DNA of 64,000 nt from a virus (taxonomy: Duplodnaviria; Heunggongvirae; Uroviricota; Caudoviricetes): the IMG/VR virus record IMGVR_UViG_3300050190_000017, one strand, 5' to 3'. The notes under the pieces are model-generated. The model was not told the origin of the DNA, did no database searches, and was given only the letters and a program-made list of their open reading frames with translations. This document shows positions 18,251 through 27,740 of the stretch, one piece after another. The stretch's first letter is position 1. The number at the start of each line of letters is the position of its first letter. A program made the translations under genes and the position numbers.

Positions 18251-18660
18251 ACTACCCCTTTATCTTAACCAAAGATAGCACCGGCTTCCTCGTTACCTTC
18301 CCGGATATTCCTGAAGCTGCAACAGCGGGAGAAACAGAAGAGGAGGCAATGGAGATGGCGAGTGACTGTTTGCTCTCTGCATTAGATACTTACTTTGAAA
18401 GCCGTAAGCCAATCCCCTGGCCCGTGCTCAAGCACGCCAACTATGTAGTAGAGTTAGCACCAAGCATGGCGTTAAAGGTGAAGCTTATAAATGAGATGCA
18501 CGGGCAGGGTGTCAACCGCACTGAGCTGGCTAACCGTTTAAACATGAAACCTCAGCAGGTTTCCCGCATGTTGGGATCGGGCCATCTCATAACAAACATC
18601 GACGTTATCGCTCAGTGCTTCCGTGTGCTAGGCCGTGAACTTGAAATCCATATTTCGTAA
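18247..18660 (+). CDS. hicB: HicB-family antitoxin-like protein (no adjacent HicA)
   Basis: N-terminal segment FLVTFPDIPEAATAGETEEEAMEMASDCL matches the HicB RNase-H-like fold. The C-terminus is helix-turn-helix-like (NRTELANRLNMKPQQVSRM). Confidence 0.55.
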   Translation: MNYPFILTKDSTGFLVTFPDIPEAATAGETEEEAMEMASDCLLSALDTYFESRKPIPWPVLKHANYVVELAPSMALKVKLINEMHGQGVNRTELANRLNMKPQQVSRMLGSGHLITNIDVIAQCFRVLGRELEIHIS

Positions 18661-18670
18661 GGAGTAGACA

Positions 18671-18976
18671 ATGGCACAGAAAACTATTTGGGTAGCAACT
18701 GACAAAGAGATAGGGCTTGGTGATCTCGATTACCTTACTATCGCGGATGTAGTGAAACTCCTTAACGAGTTTGAAAAGCAGTACCCAGGTGCCCGTTTCA
18801 ACAGGCAACCTGGTAGGTATGCAGACTCAGCTGAATATCTCTCAGTAGAGTTCCCCCATAAGGAAACTGTAGATGAGATGAGGATTCGGGAGACACGAGA
18901 AGTAGAAGAGAAAGAGCAAGCCTTGGTGCGTAAGCGCGCACAGCTTGAACGGCTTAAGAAAGAACTTGGAGAGTGA
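18671..18976 (+). CDS. hypothetical protein (101 aa)
   Basis: ORF track; TAAGGAGTAG SD. Confidence 0.55.
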   Translation: MAQKTIWVATDKEIGLGDLDYLTIADVVKLLNEFEKQYPGARFNRQPGRYADSAEYLSVEFPHKETVDEMRIRETREVEEKEQALVRKRAQLERLKKELGE

Positions 18977-19114
18977 CCAATGAGAGAAATTCGTAGAAGC
19001 CTACGGCCACGGCCGAATTTTGTAGTAAAAAGAACATCTTCTCACTTGGTCCGAGGCATACTGAAAATTTGGATGCGTCGTCGCCGTGTTACTAACCTCG
19101 GGTAGGAGTACATA

Positions 19115-19330
19115 ATGAAGTTGAAGTTCGCCAGGATCAAGCCCTACCGAGCATCTCACGTTAGTAGGTTACACTGGTTCCACAGGTGGTCGAAGTGGGA
19201 GATCGTGAATGACTCTAACCTAGTCAACGACAAAGGTGGGGTCGTAGGTCGTGTCGTTACACAGCAGCGCAAGTGTGTAGTCTGTGACCTACTAGAACTC
19301 AAGCAGCAGAGAATATCATTACACGACTAG
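19115..19330 (+). CDS. hypothetical protein (71 aa)
   Basis: ORF track; TAGGAGTACATAATG. Confidence 0.5.
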   Translation: MKLKFARIKPYRASHVSRLHWFHRWSKWEIVNDSNLVNDKGGVVGRVVTQQRKCVVCDLLELKQQRISLHD

Positions 19331-19339
19331 GAGTAGGTA

Positions 19340-19549
19340 ATGAATGGGCATCCTGTTACACACCTGTGTGTAATCCTCGATAAGGATACGGGAAAAGAAA
19401 TCACTAGCTATGAGATTGTAGTTGATGGTCGTTTCCAAGATTGGTATAACGCTCGACACATAGCACGTGCTCGCTTTGAAGAGGAGCAGAAGTATAAACC
19501 GAATATGAGAAGGTACACCAACTGGGCTGTAGACTCAGTAGAACTTTAG
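19340..19549 (+). CDS. hypothetical protein (69 aa; paralog of 16320)
   Basis: ORF track; TAGGAGTAGG SD. Confidence 0.55.
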   Translation: MNGHPVTHLCVILDKDTGKEITSYEIVVDGRFQDWYNARHIARARFEEEQKYKPNMRRYTNWAVDSVEL

Positions 19550-19560
19550 GAACATAGAGA

Positions 19561-19749
19561 ATGCCTCGTATCATAAAAGAAAAGAAAGCAGTAGTACGAT
19601 TCAACTTGGAAAAGGAAGTACAAGCGGAACTCGAGCAGTACGCAGAGTGGTCAGAACTCACCCAATCGCAGATAGTAGCTGATGCGTTAAACAAACTGTT
19701 CGCTTCCGATAAGTTCTACCTCATCCATAAACTAAACAAAGTTGTGTAA
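19561..19749 (+). CDS. putative ribbon-helix-helix DNA-binding protein (62 aa)
   Basis: The translation resembles the Arc/CopG-type RHH pattern. Weak. Confidence 0.35.
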   Translation: MPRIIKEKKAVVRFNLEKEVQAELEQYAEWSELTQSQIVADALNKLFASDKFYLIHKLNKVV

Positions 19750-19752
19750 ATA
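19745..19752 (+). promoter_or_regulatory. TGTAAATA box
   Basis: Overlaps the stop of 19561, upstream of 19786. Confidence 0.4.
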
Positions 19753-19785
19753 TGTGATATAATAAGTTATACCAGGAGCAACAGC

Positions 19786-20388
19786 ATGTACGAGGTACTA
19801 GCTATCCAACTTACAAAGAAAGCCTTTGCATTTGAGCAATTTTCGCTGTCTGATATTATGAATGCCAGGGTGACCTCTGAATGGTTAGGGGATGCCAAGG
19901 AAGTTAGTGATCTTGGTCAAGCTACACTCTTTAGACGTTTCACAGTAGAAGACGGACAACCTGTCGAATACTTCTTTGCAGTTGACGGTGAAGGTTTAAC
20001 CCGTTACTGCGTAAAGGTAGCAGACATTAAAGCCCCTCCCTTACGAGCAGGATGTCAAGTAGGTGTTTGGAGTGACCCTGAGTTCGCAACCCCAGTGCGA
20101 TTCGCTCCTAAAGTCTTCTGGGAAGTTTTGTTTGAGCGTCACGACATTATCAGCGACCAGATTCAAACCGACTTTGGCCGACGCTTTTGGATTAACCGTA
20201 TTGGTGAGGCCTACGGTAAGAACCTATGCGTCTATCTTTTGGAGTTGAGAGGTTCCAAAATTATCAAGAGTCCCCGAATCCGCACCGTCGATGACTTCAA
20301 TAAGATGATTACCAAAATCTGGGGATCAGAGTTGAAGATGCGCAACATTCGATTGGCAATTACAAAGAACCCACTTCGGTTTGAATAA
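19786..20388 (+). CDS. hypothetical protein (200 aa)
   Basis: ORF track; AGGAG SD. Confidence 0.6.
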   Translation: MYEVLAIQLTKKAFAFEQFSLSDIMNARVTSEWLGDAKEVSDLGQATLFRRFTVEDGQPVEYFFAVDGEGLTRYCVKVADIKAPPLRAGCQVGVWSDPEFATPVRFAPKVFWEVLFERHDIISDQIQTDFGRRFWINRIGEAYGKNLCVYLLELRGSKIIKSPRIRTVDDFNKMITKIWGSELKMRNIRLAITKNPLRFE

Positions 20389-20415
20389 GCTTAAACTGAT
20401 AAACTCAAAAGGAAA

Positions 20416-22356
20416 TTGAAAAAAATGGCACCGACTCCAATGACACTTTCTGAAATGAAGAAGCTGTACGTGAAAGCGCAGACTGCGTACTACAACGGCA
20501 ACGAGCCGATTATGAGTGATAAGGCTTTTGATAAGCTGGAAGATACGATTCGTAAAGTTTCTCCTGAGTGGGATCGCTTGAAGAAGACCGGCGTGAAGGT
20601 CGCAGATAAGAAAACCGACACACTGCTGTGGAGACCAATGCCCTCGTTGAATAAAATGTACGACGAGGCAGTTCCCAAGTTCTACGCAAAGCACAAAGCA
20701 GTTAAGAAATGGGTCTGGTCTGATAAGCTAGACGGTACATCGCTTCAACTTATTTATGAGAACGGCAAAGCATCCCGATTGATTACGCGTGGCGATGGTA
20801 TCACCGGCGGTGACATTTCATTCTTCATCCCGCACTTGACTAAGCTCAAGTTGATCCCGGCGACAATCTCTACTAAGGAACAAACAGTGTTTCGTCTCGA
20901 AGGGTTGATGAAGAAGAAAGTGTTTGAGAAGAACTGGAGTCGTGAGGCAAAGGGTGATGCAGGTGCAGACAACGGCCGTAACCTCGTGAATGGATTGTTC
21001 AATCGCAAGGATATGCACCCGGCCTTAATTGATGTTGATCTGGTGGTCCTGGGTGTCTACGGTTCTACCCTTCCTGAGGGCTTGAAGTTGGCAAGGAAGT
21101 GGGGATTCAAAGTAGTTACGCATTACCTAGTTGCTTCCTCAGAATTACCGGACATCAATCACGCGAACGAACTCGCTGAAATACGCGACGACTCGGAGTA
21201 TGAGATGGATGGGCTGGTGATTGCCCCTGCTGATTGGGTGATGCATTACGAGGACGCGGAGAAGCCGAAGCAGTTAATCGCATATAAGTTCAACGATGAA
21301 GCAAACGCAGCAGAATGCAAAGTTAAGCGCGTGATTTATCAGACGTCAGGCTTTGGCCGAGTAGTGCCTAAGATTGAGATTGAGCCGACGAAGATGGATG
21401 GCGTACTCGTTAAGTTCTGCACGGTACACAATGCGAAGTGGATGCTTGATAGGGGTATAGGACCTGGTGCTATCTTGAAAATCGTTCGCAGCGGAGGAGT
21501 GATACCGAAGGTCGTGGGTGTCGTGAAGAAGGGCAAGATTCAGTTGCCGGAAGTACCTCACAAGTTAGTCGGCGTAAACTTCATGGCGATTGAGAGCTCA
21601 CCAGAACAAAGGGTTCGGATCATTGATCGTTTCCTAACGACACTAGGAATTGAATTCATCGCACGCAAGACGATTGGGAAGTTACATGATGTAAAAGGAG
21701 GTCTTAAGCACCCGCACGATTACATTAAGCTTGTGCAGGGCAAGGACGCTACTGCTATAGCAGTATTAGAAAATGCAGGACTCGGGCCAAACCAATCAGA
21801 AAAGGTTCTCACTGAGTTGACGCGAGTGCTGTGTAATGAAATCTCATTGAAGCAGTTGATGGTTGCTTCCTCGTGTTTCGATGTTGGTGTAGGCGAGCGT
21901 CGTCTTTCCGCAGTCGAAGCCGTAGGCATTTCGATGAATGAGTTGTGCGGTTACAGTTCCGAGTTATCATTCAAGGAGATAAAAACCAAGCTCCTTGCAA
22001 CTAAAGGATTTGCCGATAATACAGTGAATCTTATCCTAGAGGGGGTCGAGAACTTTAAGAGTTGGTTCGCCGACGTTACGAAGTATCTTACAGTCAACGG
22101 TGACTTGCCCAAGCCAAAGAAAGCCAAGAAGGTACTCAATAGTAAGTTGGCTGGTGTCGTTGCTACGTTCACTGGCTATCGAGATCAAGCACAGTTATCT
22201 ATGATTGAAGCACTAGGCGGAACTGTTGCGGACTTCTCCACAAAGACCACGGTGCTTCTATACCGTGAGGGAGGTCGTAAATCATCGAAGATTGAGAAGG
22301 CAGGTGACAAGGCGATGACGTTCACCGAATTTTGTAAGAAGTATGGAGTGAAATGA
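20416..22356 (+). CDS. ligA: NAD+-dependent DNA ligase (LigA-type, with C-terminal BRCT)
   Basis: N-terminal Ia-like segment (YYNGNEPIMSDKAFDKLE), adenylation KxDG (SDKLDGTS) and a C-terminal BRCT-like region. Confidence 0.8.
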   Translation: MKKMAPTPMTLSEMKKLYVKAQTAYYNGNEPIMSDKAFDKLEDTIRKVSPEWDRLKKTGVKVADKKTDTLLWRPMPSLNKMYDEAVPKFYAKHKAVKKWVWSDKLDGTSLQLIYENGKASRLITRGDGITGGDISFFIPHLTKLKLIPATISTKEQTVFRLEGLMKKKVFEKNWSREAKGDAGADNGRNLVNGLFNRKDMHPALIDVDLVVLGVYGSTLPEGLKLARKWGFKVVTHYLVASSELPDINHANELAEIRDDSEYEMDGLVIAPADWVMHYEDAEKPKQLIAYKFNDEANAAECKVKRVIYQTSGFGRVVPKIEIEPTKMDGVLVKFCTVHNAKWMLDRGIGPGAILKIVRSGGVIPKVVGVVKKGKIQLPEVPHKLVGVNFMAIESSPEQRVRIIDRFLTTLGIEFIARKTIGKLHDVKGGLKHPHDYIKLVQGKDATAIAVLENAGLGPNQSEKVLTELTRVLCNEISLKQLMVASSCFDVGVGERRLSAVEAVGISMNELCGYSSELSFKEIKTKLLATKGFADNTVNLILEGVENFKSWFADVTKYLTVNGDLPKPKKAKKVLNSKLAGVVATFTGYRDQAQLSMIEALGGTVADFSTKTTVLLYREGGRKSSKIEKAGDKAMTFTEFCKKYGVK

Positions 22357-22556
22357 TGACACTATTTTATTTTCGGCGAGGTAGTCTTGGCTCCAAGCGC
22401 GTGGCCTTAAAACGAGAACGGCTGAAAGGGCCCTCCCGGCGTAGGCGAGTTAATAGCGTAGCACGGGTGGCTATGAACGACGTACATACACCGACCTACA
22501 AACACATCTTCTGGCGGCGCGTTGCCAATTTCGCGGCAAAGTACGGAGTGAAATGA
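22353..22556 (+). CDS. doubtful ORF (67 aa, very basic) inside a ~180-nt GC-rich insert flanked by duplicated ligase 3' end
   Basis: ORF track. Ends with KYGVK like the ligase. See finding. Confidence 0.25.
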   Translation: MMTLFYFRRGSLGSKRVALKRERLKGPSRRRRVNSVARVAMNDVHTPTYKHIFWRRVANFAAKYGVK

Positions 22557-23959
22557 GTATGTCTAAAGGGTACAAAGTAAAAGACCTGAATCAGTTACCG
22601 AGTTTATTCTCGGTAGCCAAACCAGAGGGATCGTTTGGTTCGCAGTTAGCAGCAGACTTAAACAAGCCGGACCCTATGGAGGACATTCGTGATTGTGTGA
22701 CTGACCTAATGTCGAATTACCGAGGTTGGACAATCAACGATGTTCTACAGAGACTTAGTAAGCATCCTGACGCCAAGATGGTTGCAGTAGTGATGAACAA
22801 GTATGCGGCTGATGGCCACTTCACTGTTGTTAGAGCAGCAAGTGGCATTCTTACCTACACCATGAAGAAGAAAATAATGGACACTACTATCACGACTAGG
22901 AATGCAAAGTGGGTTCAGCGAGAACCTAATGAGCGAGCCACCCCAGATCCTAAAGGAGTGATTCGTCCTGAGGAGGGCCTGGACGTCGGCATCTGGAAAG
23001 TTATGTCAGACGGTAGGCCCCGCACCCCTTACGAGATTCGCAAGATACTAGCTGAGTACAAGTTCGATAGCCGTATCACAGACAAACGATTAGACACACT
23101 GATTAGAACGAATCGCTGGTTTGATCGTCGGAACCACAAAGGTTCCGGTGTAGCATACTCTCTACGTAAGGACTTCCCTATGCCGTCGCTGTTGACTTCC
23201 ACCGAAAGCATCGCAAGCCAGAGCCCTCAACCCAAAGCTGAGTTCAAGGAGGAACCACCCTTCTCTATTGTTCCTGCCGTGGTGAAGGCTGCAGAAACGC
23301 AACCCGTCTTTGTAGATCACTCGGCCAGCATGAGTAAGGATGACACGATCCTCGTGTTGATTTGGAAGGCAATGTCGGATCGCAAATCGTACAAGTCGTC
23401 AGAGGTAGCGGCGTTGGTTCAGGCTATACGTCCTGAGCAGCCTACGCTCCGTATACAGAACTTAATGTCCACCATGAAGGGTAAAGGATGGTTCGATACA
23501 ACCCATGGACTTAACAAGGGAGGGCTATCCGTCAACGTGTGGACACTGCGACCTGAGATAATTGACCCTACGGCATACTCCACAAGTCCTGCTAAGCCTA
23601 GCGCAACCACAGTTACGCCGACAGTTACCCAAGCAGCTCCCGCTGTTAAACCAGTAACCACTGTAGAGGAAATCGCAATGACCACTTCTCTTGTTCAAGT
23701 CAAAGCTATCAAAGCACCTGAGGCAGCACCTTTGCTTGACCTGACGGTGCGCGTTAAAGGTCAATCATTCACTCTTACTGAGTGCCGGCAGCTTGTTCAC
23801 GAATTGCGGAACCTGGGCTATGGCAAGACTGTACCTCCCGCACAGAGCAGCCTGGTGAGTCGCTCCATCACAATCAAGGACGTTGAGTTCAGCGAGTCAG
23901 AACTGGAGACCCTTGTTAAAGCATTGGCCGCGGAAGGTTTGGTACTGGCAAACAAATAG
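22553..23959 (+). CDS. hypothetical protein (468 aa)
   Basis: ORF track; GGAGTG SD. Confidence 0.6.
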   Translation: MSMSKGYKVKDLNQLPSLFSVAKPEGSFGSQLAADLNKPDPMEDIRDCVTDLMSNYRGWTINDVLQRLSKHPDAKMVAVVMNKYAADGHFTVVRAASGILTYTMKKKIMDTTITTRNAKWVQREPNERATPDPKGVIRPEEGLDVGIWKVMSDGRPRTPYEIRKILAEYKFDSRITDKRLDTLIRTNRWFDRRNHKGSGVAYSLRKDFPMPSLLTSTESIASQSPQPKAEFKEEPPFSIVPAVVKAAETQPVFVDHSASMSKDDTILVLIWKAMSDRKSYKSSEVAALVQAIRPEQPTLRIQNLMSTMKGKGWFDTTHGLNKGGLSVNVWTLRPEIIDPTAYSTSPAKPSATTVTPTVTQAAPAVKPVTTVEEIAMTTSLVQVKAIKAPEAAPLLDLTVRVKGQSFTLTECRQLVHELRNLGYGKTVPPAQSSLVSRSITIKDVEFSESELETLVKALAAEGLVLANK

Positions 23960-23968
23960 AGTGAAGTG

Positions 23969-24139
23969 ATGAATGTTAAGTTGTTAGGGAAGCCCGATGG
24001 GTACACGAGTCGTTACTACAAGTTCACTGTAGGAAAGACATACAAGGTGCGCGGTACGTATGGCTCGTGTTATATCATACTAGACGACGCGGGCGACACT
24101 GCTTACGTAGCGTGTTCCCGCTTTGAGGTTCAGGAGTAA
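23969..24139 (+). CDS. hypothetical small protein (56 aa)
   Basis: Open frame ATG 23969 to TAA 24137-24139. Below the track cutoff. Confidence 0.35.
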   Translation: MNVKLLGKPDGYTSRYYKFTVGKTYKVRGTYGSCYIILDDAGDTAYVACSRFEVQE

Positions 24140-24178
24140 CGAAGAGCCCAACCGAAGAAGTTTACTATATGAGGACCT

Positions 24179-24367
24179 ATGGAAAGCAAATTCCAAGAAG
24201 TGATGCTTGAGATTATGGTGAAGCACCACCAACTCAATCAGCAGCTCGAACTCTTGCGATCAGTCATAGACGTGCTCACTAGGGCACTCGATGACAAGAA
24301 CGCAGGAAGGATTAGCGAGGCCGAACTCGATGCCTTGGCCGAACGTCAACTAACTATTCTGAGGTGA
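24179..24367 (+). CDS. hypothetical protein (62 aa)
   Basis: ORF track; GAGGA SD. Confidence 0.5.
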   Translation: MESKFQEVMLEIMVKHHQLNQQLELLRSVIDVLTRALDDKNAGRISEAELDALAERQLTILR

Positions 24368-24370
24368 TGG

Positions 24371-24655
24371 ATGAAATCAAAGTATGTAGTCGGGCAGGTT
24401 CGCGGTGAAGTCAACGGTAAAGAAATGCTGTGCCTAGTAGCTATAGTTTTCCCTGAGTGTGTTGTTCATGCGGATATGGGCAGGCGTATGTTCTACGAAG
24501 TGTTATCTGCGGGGTTCGTCGATGTGTACGCAGATAAGAATTCACAGTTTGGAATTGGTGTACGGTGCCACGGCCGGAGTGATTCACTCAACAAAGAATC
24601 GAAGCCTGAGCGTGACGAGAAGTTAGTTCGCAAGGCTCTTGGCCTGGAGTATTAA
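24371..24655 (+). CDS. hypothetical protein (94 aa)
   Basis: ORF track. Confidence 0.5.
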   Translation: MKSKYVVGQVRGEVNGKEMLCLVAIVFPECVVHADMGRRMFYEVLSAGFVDVYADKNSQFGIGVRCHGRSDSLNKESKPERDEKLVRKALGLEY

Positions 24656-24658
24656 GCA

Positions 24659-25015
24659 ATGGAAAAGTTGATATACCTAGCAGCACCTTACTCGGATAGC
24701 GACCCATTGGTCCTTGAAGATCGCATCCACACACTCTGTCGATGTGATGCACGGTTGATGGAGAAGGGCATCTACACAGTATCGCCACTGTTGAAGCACT
24801 TCATACTTAACTACGGTGAGCTGCCTAGTGATTGGGCGTATTGGAAAACATACTCGGAGACGTTACTCAAGCAATGCGGCAGTATGATTGTTTTAACAAT
24901 GTTCGGGTGGGAGACTTCGACGGGAGTTCAAGCAGAGATTAAACTCTGTAGGGAACATGGTAAGCCTGTTGAGTTCATCGACCCCGTTACTCTGTTGCTT
25001 AACTTTGATGTTTGA
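24659..25015 (+). CDS. nucleoside 2-deoxyribosyltransferase-like protein (DUF1937/DUF4406-type)
   Basis: IYLAAPYSD N-terminus and GWETSTGVQAEIKLCREHGKPV, as in the NDT/Rcl fold family. Confidence 0.5.
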   Translation: MEKLIYLAAPYSDSDPLVLEDRIHTLCRCDARLMEKGIYTVSPLLKHFILNYGELPSDWAYWKTYSETLLKQCGSMIVLTMFGWETSTGVQAEIKLCREHGKPVEFIDPVTLLLNFDV

Positions 25016-25016
25016 C

Positions 25017-25024
25017 TGTAAATA
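25017..25024 (+). promoter_or_regulatory. TGTAAATA box
   Basis: Overlaps the stop of 24659; a TATAAAT follows at about 25050. Confidence 0.4.
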
Positions 25025-25070
25025 GTAAATGAGGGCAGAGAGCCCTCTAGTATAAATCCGCAAAGGAGAT

Positions 25071-26177
25071 TTGCAAATGCAATACGAATATGATTTGTTG
25101 GTATTCATCGGTCGCTTCCGCCCGTTACACAGGGGGCATGAGTTTGTAATCCGCGAGGCATTGAAGCGTGCTCGTCACGTTCTGGTTCTAGTGGGTTCAG
25201 CCAATCGTCCTCGCACGGTAAAGAATCCATGGACGGCTGATGAGGTTGCGCTGATGCTACTTAAAACCTTTAGGCAGGAACTTACTGACGATTCGCTGTT
25301 AGTAGATAGCCTGAACGATTACATGCACGACAACGATTTTCACTGGTGCATGGAAGCTCAGCGTAAGGTTGCCAAGGGTGTAAACGCTGTAGAAGCTCTG
25401 AGTGGGGTTAGGGAGGCTGAGGTTAAGGTCGGCCTTGTTGGTTTCTCTAAGGATCATACCTCGTACTACTTGAAGAAGTTTCCGCAGTGGGGTTCGGTGG
25501 ACGTGGGTGCCTACAAGGAGGATGGCGTTATCCTTAGCGCCACGGACATTCGCAATAATATGCTGGACGGACATAAGGGATGGAAGATGCAAGTACCCGC
25601 TCCTGTTGTTCCGTACCTTGAGAGCTGGCTTGAGAACAACGCAGACATTGTGAATGGGTTAGTTGAATCGCGGGACTTCGCAGCACAGTATAAGCTAGAG
25701 CACAAGTACGTTGGCAAAGACGGCAGGGGCAAGCCGTACAATGCGACGCACACGACTACCGATTCCGTGTTCATTCAATCGAATCACGTACTGCTTATCA
25801 AGCGAGGGATGAATCCAGGTAAAGGGCTGTGGGCGCTCCCTGGTGGATTCACTAACGAGTTCGAGAAGCTGGCTGATAGTTCAGCTCGTGAAGCACGAGA
25901 GGAGACGAAGATTGGATTGTCACGGGAGATCATTGATCTGTCTTTCAGATTCAAGCATGTGTTCTCTGATCCGAATCGTTCAGACGAACGAGGGCGCATT
26001 ATCACTCATGCGTATCTGTATCTGTTAAATGATCGCCCAACATTGCCAGAAGTAGAAGCAGGGGATGACGCAGCGGAAGCTCGTTGGTTCCCTCTGGGGT
26101 TGCTGAACCCGCAGGAGCTCTATAGTGACCATTACTGGATTATCCACAAAATGATTAATATGCTACCCGTGGACTAA
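25071..26177 (+). CDS. natV: bifunctional NMN adenylyltransferase (NadM-type) / Nudix hydrolase (NatV-like)
   Basis: GRFRPLHRGH nucleotidyltransferase motif at the N-terminus. C-terminal Nudix box GLWALPGGFTNEFEKLADSSAREAREETKIGL. Confidence 0.8.
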   Translation: MQMQYEYDLLVFIGRFRPLHRGHEFVIREALKRARHVLVLVGSANRPRTVKNPWTADEVALMLLKTFRQELTDDSLLVDSLNDYMHDNDFHWCMEAQRKVAKGVNAVEALSGVREAEVKVGLVGFSKDHTSYYLKKFPQWGSVDVGAYKEDGVILSATDIRNNMLDGHKGWKMQVPAPVVPYLESWLENNADIVNGLVESRDFAAQYKLEHKYVGKDGRGKPYNATHTTTDSVFIQSNHVLLIKRGMNPGKGLWALPGGFTNEFEKLADSSAREAREETKIGLSREIIDLSFRFKHVFSDPNRSDERGRIITHAYLYLLNDRPTLPEVEAGDDAAEARWFPLGLLNPQELYSDHYWIIHKMINMLPVD

Positions 26178-26248
26178 CAATATATCCTGTAGCACCAAAC
26201 CTCGGGCAGTGAGTCCGAGGAATCCATTTAAAGCAAAGGAGATTTGCC

Positions 26249-27649
26249 ATGACCTATAATTTCGCACTCGATACCGATTCATATAAATACTCCCACTACC
26301 TGCAGCTCCCTAAGTCCTTGCGTAACGTTAGCAGCTACGCAGAAGCACGGTCGGATGAAGTCTTCAAGAAGAGCATGGTGTTTGGGCTTCAAGCATGGCT
26401 GCGGAAGATTCGAAGTAACCCGTTGACCAGGGAGCAAGTTAAGTACGCCCAGGCTACTGCACTTCGCCACAGTGGGTACTTCCCCTACGCTGAGTTCATG
26501 CGAATTGTCGAAATCCACAAAGGGCTGCCTCCTATTAGCCTGCAAGCTCTGCCCGAAGGCTTGGTCGTCCCGAACCGTGTCCCCCTGTATCAGGTAATGT
26601 CCACCGATCCTTCGATTCCTTGGATTGGGCAATTCGTTGAAACCTCCTTGCTGCGTGCGCTCTGGTATCCATCGACTGTGGCAACCCTGAGCTGGCACAT
26701 CAAGCAAGATCTTCGCAAATGGCTAGAGAAGACCTGCGATAGTCCAAAGGCAGAGTTGGGGTTCCGCTTGCATGACTTTGGTGCTCGCGGTGCATCGTCA
26801 GAAGAGACAGCAAGCCTAGGGGCAATGGCACACTTGGTTAACTTCATGGGCAGCGATACGATGGGCGGTATCGAAGCCGCAGCTCAATTCTACGAGGAAC
26901 CATTAGCAGGTTATTCAATCCCTGCGATGGAGCACTTCACTGTTTGCTCCTGGGGTCAAGAGTTCGAGGCTGATGCCTACGCCAATATGATTGAAAACTT
27001 TGGTGGTGAGGGCAAGATTTATGCGTGCGTATCAGATGCTTACGACCTGCATAACGCAGTAGACAACATCTGGGGCAAGCAGCTGAAAGACCGAGTGTTG
27101 GAGAAAGGTGGCCGTGTTGTGATTCGTCCGGACTCTGGTGATCCCGTATCGGAAGTTATGTACACTGTTCGCTCCCTGGCAAATTCGTATGGTTACACGA
27201 CCAACAGTAAAGGTTATTCAGTGTTGCACCCAGCAGTGCGGGTGATTCAAGGCGATGGTGTGAATCGTACATCTATCAATGCAATTTGCACGGCATTGGA
27301 ACTCAACAAGTTCTCGATCGAGAACGTCGCATTCGGCATGGGCGGCGCCCTCCTTCAAGGTATCAATCGTGATACGCTCGGGTATGCACACAAGGCATCT
27401 GCAGTAACCAATGGATTGTCTGGTTGGACTGGCATTGCTAAGAATCCAGCTACCTCTAGGGCCAAGGCTTCAAAGAAGGGTAGGCAGATGGTGTACGCAA
27501 ACGACATGGGTATCATGACTTCTGCAGTCGAGGCTAGTGTGGTAGCCTATCACAACTATCTGGAACCTGTGTATAAGAATACCTTAGGTAGCGATCAGAT
27601 GTTCCGTGACATGACGTTCGCACAAGTACGTTCAAACAGCAACCTGTAA
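26249..27649 (+). CDS. nadV: nicotinamide phosphoribosyltransferase (NadV/NAMPT)
   Basis: TDSYKYSHY, KLHDFGARGASSEETASLGAMAHLVNFMGSDT, IRPDSGDP, VIQGDGV and ENVAFGMGG are characteristic NAMPT segments. Confidence 0.9.
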   Translation: MTYNFALDTDSYKYSHYLQLPKSLRNVSSYAEARSDEVFKKSMVFGLQAWLRKIRSNPLTREQVKYAQATALRHSGYFPYAEFMRIVEIHKGLPPISLQALPEGLVVPNRVPLYQVMSTDPSIPWIGQFVETSLLRALWYPSTVATLSWHIKQDLRKWLEKTCDSPKAELGFRLHDFGARGASSEETASLGAMAHLVNFMGSDTMGGIEAAAQFYEEPLAGYSIPAMEHFTVCSWGQEFEADAYANMIENFGGEGKIYACVSDAYDLHNAVDNIWGKQLKDRVLEKGGRVVIRPDSGDPVSEVMYTVRSLANSYGYTTNSKGYSVLHPAVRVIQGDGVNRTSINAICTALELNKFSIENVAFGMGGALLQGINRDTLGYAHKASAVTNGLSGWTGIAKNPATSRAKASKKGRQMVYANDMGIMTSAVEASVVAYHNYLEPVYKNTLGSDQMFRDMTFAQVRSNSNL

Positions 27650-27657
27650 GTAGTATA

Positions 27658-27697
27658 GAGGATTCAGACTAACAATCTGAATCCTCTTTTGCATTTT
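27658..27697 (+). terminator. rho-independent terminator
   Basis: 12-bp stem AGAGGATTCAGA/TCTGAATCCTCT, then TTTTGCATTTT. Confidence 0.75.
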
Positions 27698-27701
27698 AGG
27701 C

Positions 27702-27709
27702 GTGTAAAT
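27702..27709 (+). promoter_or_regulatory. TGTAAATA box
   Basis: Just after the terminator, upstream of 27741. Confidence 0.4.
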
Positions 27710-27740
27710 AGTATTTAGGAATGTCAGTTAAGGATAAACT

